Shown here: positions 33,741 to 38,416 of the stretch, piece after piece
How positions within the stretch are numbered: the first letter of the stretch is position 1
Layout: every line of letters begins with the position of its first letter
Virus record (IMG/VR): IMGVR_UViG_3300050160_000020
Location: 1-38,416 of that record
DNA from: a virus
Lineage: Duplodnaviria > Caudoviricetes
DNA: 38,416 bases
Reading direction: 5' to 3' (one strand)
The notes under the pieces: model-generated
What the model saw: the letters and a program-made list of their open reading frames with translations, nothing else
Databases searched by the model: none
Told to the model about the DNA's origin: nothing
Position numbers and translations under genes: made by a program

Positions 33741-34065
33741 TCTCGAACTGCACTCGGTTGACTGTCTCAAAAGCCTTGTCGTCAGCGTTTGCCATCTCTG
33801 TGCGCGCTAACTTAGGGATGTGATACTCCACTACGGACTGAAACAACTCAAACGCCTTTGCTGGGTTAGGCTTTACGTCTTGATCTGGGATTCCATGCGC
33901 CACTTGATCGAGCCATTCAGAGAGCCTATGAGCGTTTCCGTCTACGAATAGGGCTATGGCCTCACGCGCTTGCGTTGTCGCCTTGTTGGGCGTTCCTGCG
34001 GGTCTACCGTTAGGATTGTTCGTCTTACCTTTGCGCGTTTGTTTCGGGTTGTTGTTTTCAGACAT
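33721..34065 (-). CDS. terS: Terminase small subunit
   Basis: NPNGRPAGTPNKAT, EYHIPKLARTE; overlaps the terL start; GAGG RBS. Confidence 0.8.
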   Translation of the reverse strand: MSENNNPKQTRKGKTNNPNGRPAGTPNKATTQAREAIALFVDGNAHRLSEWLDQVAHGIPDQDVKPNPAKAFELFQSVVEYHIPKLARTEMANADDKAFETVNRVQFEIVNPQT

Positions 34066-34122
34066 TGGGCACCTCGGGTTTTCCGTGATGTTCAATTATA
34101 GGCATGGTTTGTGCTTTTGTGT

Positions 34123-34218
34123 TGATGGCGGCAGGGGTTTACCTGCGCTGGCGTTTACCATCCCGATCACCCTCGGGCTGAAGCCTATTAGACCCCGCTC
34201 TCACTGAGTTACACCATC
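34123..34218 (-). ncRNA. tRNA-like RNA 'C' (degenerate tRNA with enlarged variable region)
   Basis: GATGGTG/CGCCATC acceptor, TA, ACTCAGTGAGAGC D-arm, GGGGT-CTAATAG-GCTTC arm, two extra hairpins, GCAGG-TAAACC-CCTGC T-arm. Confidence 0.55.
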
Positions 34219-34282
34219 ACGGCTGCGGACTGTGCCGGGCTTTCACCGACTTGCTGCTAGTTCAATCCGCATGCGTGATAGT
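34213..34282 (-). other. Long imperfect hairpin, candidate RNase III processing site
   Basis: ATCACGCATGCGGATTG ... CAGTCCGCAGCCGTGAT. Confidence 0.5.
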
Positions 34283-34409
34283 TGATGGTGGCCAGTGCTG
34301 ATCTCTGGCTTTGCATCGTTTACCCGCGACGCTGCGGCGGTCAGCCCATTTCTGGGAGCGGCTCGATTTAACCTTCCCGCCTCGTATCAGCCTACGCATT
34401 CACCATCAA
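34282..34409 (-). ncRNA. tRNA-like RNA 'A' with Watson-Crick D-loop/T-loop complementarity
   Basis: TTGATGGTG/CACCATCAA stem; CGTA-GGCTGA-TACG; GCCAG-AGATCAGCA-CTGGC; GCTGA(T) complementary to (A)TCAGC. Confidence 0.65.
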
Positions 34410-34450
34410 GTAAGCCTCCTGCTTTAGCTGCATCGAAGATGCCAAGCGGC

Positions 34451-34618
34451 TTATTTCATGGGCGTCACTTCGAGAATTTCATATCCATGGTCTCGCATGT
34501 GCTGGTCATACGTTTCTCTTTCTACTTCCTCTAGACATAAAGCGCATATCCGGTACTTCGGAGGTGTTTCCGAAATACGCAGGAATTGCGATAGGTCTTT
34601 TTTGTCTTCTGGTTTCAT
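34451..34618 (-). CDS. Small C2H2-like zinc-finger protein (55 aa)
   Basis: CALC-x12-HMRDH. Confidence 0.55.
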   Translation of the reverse strand: MKPEDKKDLSQFLRISETPPKYRICALCLEEVERETYDQHMRDHGYEILEVTPMK

Positions 34619-34619
34619 A

Positions 34620-34771
34620 GTGTTATCAAAGCGTGCTGGGCTTGATACCAGCTTTACGCCCCTTTCGAGTAACCTTGTGCAACAAGGTATCAAACCCCGT
34701 CATCGCCCTACCATGGAGCTCTGCGATGATTGGCTGTTGCGTGTCCTTCCACGCCGCCGCTTTGATAACAC
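34620..34771 (-). ncRNA. tRNA-like RNA 'D'
   Basis: Perfect 14-bp stem GTGTTATCAAAGCG/CGCTTTGATAACAC; GCGTG-GAAGGA-CACGC; internal hairpins; GCTGG-TATCAAGC-CCAGC. Confidence 0.6.
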
Positions 34772-34925
34772 ATCCATTCTCACAATTGCGCTTATGTTTA
34801 AGGCTCGGCGCTTTTGATGCTTGCACTGCCAAAACAATCGGGCTGTCAGTGGTCGCACTTGAGAGAATTGTCCAGTCTAGGATTGAGACTGCCGGAGGGA
34901 GACACTTGAGCCTGCCCTTTGTTCT

Positions 34926-34934
34926 ATTTTAGCA
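34926..34934 (-). promoter_or_regulatory. Extended -10 (TGCTAAAAT), candidate promoter for the RNA cluster and late operon
   Basis: AT-rich context directly upstream of the structured region. Confidence 0.45.
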
Positions 34935-35021
34935 GTTTAAAAACAAACCAACAATTACTCCAACAAGAAATATTGAAATTGCATTAAATACCCTTGAAGG
35001 GTCTGATAAAAATTCTTTCAT
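34929..35021 (-). CDS. Putative single-TM peptide (30 aa)
   Basis: GGAG RBS, TAATG overlap; MKEFLSDPSRVFNAISIFLVGVIVGLFLNC. Confidence 0.5.
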   Translation of the reverse strand: MKEFLSDPSRVFNAISIFLVGVIVGLFLNC

Positions 35022-35188
35022 TAAATCAACTCCAAATAACGTGCTGAAACCTTCTCAGTGATGTATTCGCCTCGGCGCTCATAACTAACATATACACCGT
35101 TTGAAGATACGCGCTGAACAATTGCTGGTGTTGCGTGGTACATCACTTTTACACCGTATTTCATTTGTTTTGCTTGTGTTGTTGTCAT
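35021..35188 (-). CDS. Small SH3-like beta protein (55 aa)
   Basis: CCGGAGAG RBS behind a box-associated promoter. Confidence 0.65.
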   Translation of the reverse strand: MTTTQAKQMKYGVKVMYHATPAIVQRVSSNGVYVSYERRGEYITEKVSARYLELI

Positions 35189-35220
35189 GATTTCTCTCCG
35201 GTTGCGTTGTTGATGGCTCA

Positions 35221-35263
35221 ATCATAGCGCTTGTTTTTCGTCTGCATATTAGGGTTTACCCTA
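35221..35263 (-). promoter_or_regulatory. Leftward promoter: box TAGGGTTTACCCTA (35250-35263) and -10 TATGAT (35226-35221)
   Basis: 23-bp spacing; CATCAACAA..CCGGAG leader. Confidence 0.7.
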
Positions 35264-35369
35264 GGTTTAGCAAAATAATTGCGCCCACTATCGTAAAAGC
35301 AAACGCTACTCCGAACAAGCCTCCAGCTAGTAGCGCGTCTAGTTCACGGTCTTCGCGTTCTTCGTTCAT
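35256..35369 (-). CDS. Putative single-TM peptide (37 aa)
   Basis: AAGGAG RBS, ATGA overlap; LLAGGLFGVAFAFTIVGAIILL. Confidence 0.55.
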   Translation of the reverse strand: MNEEREDRELDALLAGGLFGVAFAFTIVGAIILLNLG

Positions 35370-35629
35370 GCTTTCTCCTTCGTGGGAACTGGTGCCCATT
35401 GCAATGTCTCATCCTCTCCATCATTGTCTCGGATTGGGCTCAAACGATGGTCTGTTGTTGGGATTTCTTCGCCATCTATGTTTGTGAGCATTGGCTCTGT
35501 AATCCACGCATCTACTACCCCCTCATAAGCAAAATCACGGCGGACATGTGCAATGCATCGAACAATCTTTCCTTCATTGCCTGCATAGCTCTTAATCAAA
35601 ATCGCTAAATCACCTTGCTTGCAGTTCAT
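35366..35629 (-). CDS. Phage hypothetical protein
   Basis: MNCKQGDLAIL...GKIV.C...D..L.PIRD..G.DETL.W; GGAGG RBS. Confidence 0.75.
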   Translation of the reverse strand: MNCKQGDLAILIKSYAGNEGKIVRCIAHVRRDFAYEGVVDAWITEPMLTNIDGEEIPTTDHRLSPIRDNDGEDETLQWAPVPTKEKA

Positions 35630-35799
35630 ACAGCCTCCCTAGTTACTTTCATGCACTTATCCTGCACCCATTCAAGCTTTACGGATTGGCATGCTTTTTT
35701 AGAGCCTGATTCCTGTCCACTGATAAATCCAAGCATGGAAAAACAGAAAACAACAATAACCATCAAAAACACTACGAAAACACCATCTGATGTGCTCAT
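35626..35799 (-). CDS. Small membrane protein (57 aa)
   Basis: ATGA overlaps at both ends; N-terminal TM segment and a Cys pair. Confidence 0.55.
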   Translation of the reverse strand: MSTSDGVFVVFLMVIVVFCFSMLGFISGQESGSKKACQSVKLEWVQDKCMKVTREAV

Positions 35800-36041
35800 A
35801 AAACTCCCACGTTAAAAATTGAATTTACGTTACTAAAAATGCTCGGCTTTTGCCCTACCGTATAGGTATACTGCTTGTTCCTGCCGATGGTCTCTACACT
35901 TGCCACAGCCAGCTTACCTTGCCGATACAGGCTACTCAATGCGGCCTGCACCTGTCGCCTGCTCATGCCTGTTTTCTTGACGATGCGCTCACGGTCTGTA
36001 ATGCCTGAGAGCATACAGTTATAGACTATTTCCATGGTCAT
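35796..36041 (-). CDS. Winged-HTH protein
   Basis: IVKKTGMSRRQVQAALSSLYRQGKL. Confidence 0.7.
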   Translation of the reverse strand: MTMEIVYNCMLSGITDRERIVKKTGMSRRQVQAALSSLYRQGKLAVASVETIGRNKQYTYTVGQKPSIFSNVNSIFNVGVL

Positions 36042-36499
36042 TTGTCGTACAGCCCTAGGTTTTGCGATGTTTCAATTAGTTGGCCTATGTTGTTGTCGCT
36101 GATTTGTTTCATCTGCGCCTTTAAGGTTTGCAGCTCGTCCAACATGTTACGGTTTCTAAGCATTGCCTCTTTCCAGAATGACTTTATCTCTTCAACTTCC
36201 TGCTCTAGCGCTTGAAGTTGGTCTAACAATGTGATAACAGTGGCTGGGTTGGCTGCTGCAATGTAGGCGGCGTTTGCATGTGCGGCAACTGCTCGAGGCG
36301 TTTTCTCTGTGTACGAATCAGAATGGGAGGCAATCCCTGCAATAGAACTCCCGCGCAAAACCTGCACGATAAGCGGGGGGTCTACCTGTTCAGAATAAAT
36401 TAAGTACCAGTTAGGGTATGGGCATTGTTCTAGTTTTGCACACCACTCGCCTTGTGTCGCATCCTCTGCCAGCTTGCGCAGTTCAATTAAATCAGTCAT
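36038..36499 (-). CDS. Ead/Ea22-like protein
   Basis: LRKLAE.AT.GEW ... NAAYIAAANPATVITLLDQL. Confidence 0.75.
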   Translation of the reverse strand: MTDLIELRKLAEDATQGEWCAKLEQCPYPNWYLIYSEQVDPPLIVQVLRGSSIAGIASHSDSYTEKTPRAVAAHANAAYIAAANPATVITLLDQLQALEQEVEEIKSFWKEAMLRNRNMLDELQTLKAQMKQISDNNIGQLIETSQNLGLYDK

Positions 36500-36951
36500 A
36501 CCGCCACCACCTCCGGCGCTTTGCTGCGCATTCTGTTAGTCGCTTTTGCGATAAATTTCTCATACTCACCACGGCTTACGCTTGTGCGCTGTAGGTGATG
36601 CCATTCCATAAGCTCTCGGATTGAGTGCTTTTCGCCTTCAGTGATGTCCCACTTACCCCATCGGTCATAGCGGTTTTTCATCTTAATCAGCGAAAACTCA
36701 GCCACTTTGCAAGCCTGCGTCACTTCGGGGCCGATGCCGTTACGGGCCATAGTCTCTGCTACTCCAAGCATTGCACACAGTCCGTAATATCCATTCAGGT
36801 CATCCACTCCCGCTACAAGGGCGTCTAGGTAGGCTTGTTCGCCTCTCTGTAGCTCTGATAGTGGTGCGTCAGGGGTAATGCAGGCTCCCTCGATTGCGAG
36901 GCTTATAGGGTTCATTAGTTGATAGACTTTTCGCTTGCACTGCTTACGCAC
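36496..36951 (-). CDS. Phage hypothetical protein
   Basis: MRKQCKRKVY.L.NPI..AI.GA; coupled to neighbours. Confidence 0.75.
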   Translation of the reverse strand: MRKQCKRKVYQLMNPISLAIEGACITPDAPLSELQRGEQAYLDALVAGVDDLNGYYGLCAMLGVAETMARNGIGPEVTQACKVAEFSLIKMKNRYDRWGKWDITEGEKHSIRELMEWHHLQRTSVSRGEYEKFIAKATNRMRSKAPEVVAV

Positions 36952-37225
36952 TTGTTCTCTCCAAAATCTCGTTTAGTAAATCCTGCTGGCTAACGTCAAA
37001 ATGCCGCGCCCATTCTTTTGTCCCTAGCGTGTGGATGCCCTCTGCGCCTCTATGATGGTTGAAACATAGCGGAATAAGCGTCTTGTAGTCGCCTTTCCCC
37101 CATCCTCCAGTCCTCAAGTGGTGTAGCTCAACATTGCCGCCAGCGTGTTGCCCATAGATGCGCTCACAAATGATGCAGGCCATGTCTGCCAGCTTTGCTT
37201 TATGGCGCTTTTCGTCTTTGGTCAT
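36944..37225 (-). CDS. Zn-HNH nuclease, Ref / DUF968-like
   Basis: CIIC...ELHH.R......IPLC..HH....GIH. Confidence 0.75.
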   Translation of the reverse strand: MTKDEKRHKAKLADMACIICERIYGQHAGGNVELHHLRTGGWGKGDYKTLIPLCFNHHRGAEGIHTLGTKEWARHFDVSQQDLLNEILERTSA

Positions 37226-37233
37226 GGTGCAGT

Positions 37234-37407
37234 TCAATACCTAAGCGCAAGGCAAAACTTGATTGGCCAAATAATCAAAACCAATTCAGATGGAGATGCA
37301 AAGCCAAACGCAAAAATTGGGACTCGTTTCTCCCATCCAAATTCAAAAACAAGCTTGCGATATGGAAACTTTGCCTTTTCGTCGTTCTTTAGCTGTCCAT
37401 TTTCCAT
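37234..37407 (-). CDS. Small hydrophobic protein (57 aa)
   Basis: GGAG RBS; fills the gap between ninB and the nuclease gene. Confidence 0.5.
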   Translation of the reverse strand: MENGQLKNDEKAKFPYRKLVFEFGWEKRVPIFAFGFASPSELVLIIWPIKFCLALRY

Positions 37408-37410
37408 GCC

Positions 37411-37818
37411 TCACTCCTTAAAAACGATCCCATGCTCCGCGCCCCATGCGTGAAGCCACTCGATAAACTGACTACCCTGCTCTTTGGTGAACTTTCGGGT
37501 TTGAAAGTCTAGTTGCACAATTCCGTCACCGTCTAGGTTCGGAATGATGCGACCACCAGCCATTTTGTAATCCTTGCAAAACTTTTGCACTAACAACCGT
37601 TTCCAGTCTTCTGAATCCCATGTTGCGCCTAGATGCTGCGCTTGCTTGGCAATCTCGCCAATCATTGCATGGTATTTCTGCTCTTGTTCGCGGGTTTTGC
37701 TTTCCTCTGTCAGCGATAGCACCAGCTTTTTTCCAGCCTGTATCCCTTCTTTTGCTTTCTCATAGGTCGCAATAAAAGCCGTGTGAGCCTGTTGCCGGTT
37801 GTGCAGTGTCACTCGCAT
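37411..37818 (-). CDS. ninB: NinB-family recombination protein
   Basis: KTREQ..KYHAMIGEIAKQ..W..EDWK...IP.LDG....T.K......FIE.L.AWGAEHG. Confidence 0.85.
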   Translation of the reverse strand: MRVTLHNRQQAHTAFIATYEKAKEGIQAGKKLVLSLTEESKTREQEQKYHAMIGEIAKQAQHLGATWDSEDWKRLLVQKFCKDYKMAGGRIIPNLDGDGIVQLDFQTRKFTKEQGSQFIEWLHAWGAEHGIVFKE

Positions 37819-37994
37819 AAGTTTTTATTGCAGATGTCCCAGACTATTGCACACGGCTTCACCGCTAATTGGTTGGCCGCAATGTCCCGAATAGCTCTCA
37901 AACTCTCTCGCAAAATCTCGATCTCCTGCTCACGCTCCTCTGCCATGCGCTTGATGGTGTTTAGTGCGTCTTCGCTTACGTTGATTGTTTTCAA
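37809..37994 (-). CDS. Small coiled-coil protein
   Basis: TTGA overlap with the upstream stop. Confidence 0.55.
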   Translation of the reverse strand: MKTINVSEDALNTIKRMAEEREQEIEILRESLRAIRDIAANQLAVKPCAIVWDICNKNLCE

Positions 37995-38416
37995 TTTGCA
38001 TACTTCCGTGCGCGTGTGATTCGGCTATGTGCGATTTCAATCAAAAGTCTATATTCAAGGTGCATTTGTTCGTCGTGCTTTTCCTCAGACGCAGATAAAA
38101 ACTCATCAACGGAACCTTTGAAGCATCCGCGAGTTACTTCTAATTCGTTGTCTTTTGTGTTGTAGACGGTCAGCGTGCCGTTTTCAATGCCGACTTTTGA
38201 AGCCCAAAAAATCAAGCCATCGCCGGACACCCGCGCATCGCCGTACACCTGCGCATTGCCGGACACCCGCGCATCGCCGTACACCCACGCATTGCCGGAC
38301 ACCCGCGCATCGCCGTACACCTGCGCATTGCCGGACACCCGCGCATCGCCGTACACCCACGCATCGCCGTACACCCACGCATCGCCGGACACCCGCGCAT
38401 CGCCGTACACCTGCGC
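37991..38416 (-). CDS. Hexapeptide-repeat protein, C-terminal part (continuation of 393->88)
   Basis: Repeats, then GTLT.Y......V.RGCF.G..DEF......H. Confidence 0.85.
   Translation of the reverse strand, partial: AQVYGDARVSGDAWVYGDAWVYGDARVSGNAQVYGDARVSGNAWVYGDARVSGNAQVYGDARVSGDGLIFWASKVGIENGTLTVYNTKDNELEVTRGCFKGSVDEFLSASEEKHDEQMHLEYRLLIEIAHSRITRARKYAN
38222..38416. repeat. 18-bp tandem repeat (6 unique units plus the 87-bp overlap)
   Basis: Same unit as 1-234; 19 units once circularised. Confidence 0.9.

Noticed and set aside
34123-34218. Canonical tRNA-Ile(AAT)
   Set aside because: T-loop is TAAACC rather than TTCRANY, the D-loop lacks GG, the anticodon stem is mostly G-U and the variable region is oversized; kept only as tRNA-like
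34295-34932. ORFs 34295..34534, 34458..34817, 34626..34832 and 34633..34932
   Set aside because: They overlap strongly base-paired elements and have no recognisable protein features
1-38416. Integrated prophage, integrase or att sites
   Set aside because: No recombinase, repressor or host genes recognised, and the ends join into a circle

Overview
This window appears to be a complete, circularly permuted tailed dsDNA phage genome with a short tail (podovirus-like). Bases 1-87 are identical to 38330-38416, and a hexapeptide-repeat gene runs in frame across the junction, giving a unit length of about 38.33 kb. Almost everything is on the minus strand: early/accessory genes, then terS, terL, portal, a fibre-like module, scaffold, major capsid, tail tubular proteins, GNAT, three internal (ejection) proteins, tail fibre and lysis genes. 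A short plus-strand operon (8423-10377) carries ERF, SSB and small ORFs. I found no integrase, CI/Cro pair, primase, replicative helicase or polymerase. The most striking non-coding features are: (1) a 14-bp palindrome TAGGG-N4-CCCTA at seven sites; six sit 23-24 bp upstream of a -10 hexamer (activator geometry) and one sits inside the -35/-10 spacer of a promoter for a c4-like antisense RNA (repressor geometry); (2) three tRNA-shaped RNAs with expanded or replaced middle arms ahead of terS; (3) an HNH cassette that interrupts the tail-fibre gene and supplies a recoded replacement start; (4) an SNF2 helicase-DNA methyltransferase fusion. All assignments are from motif recognition by eye; no searches or folding programs were run.
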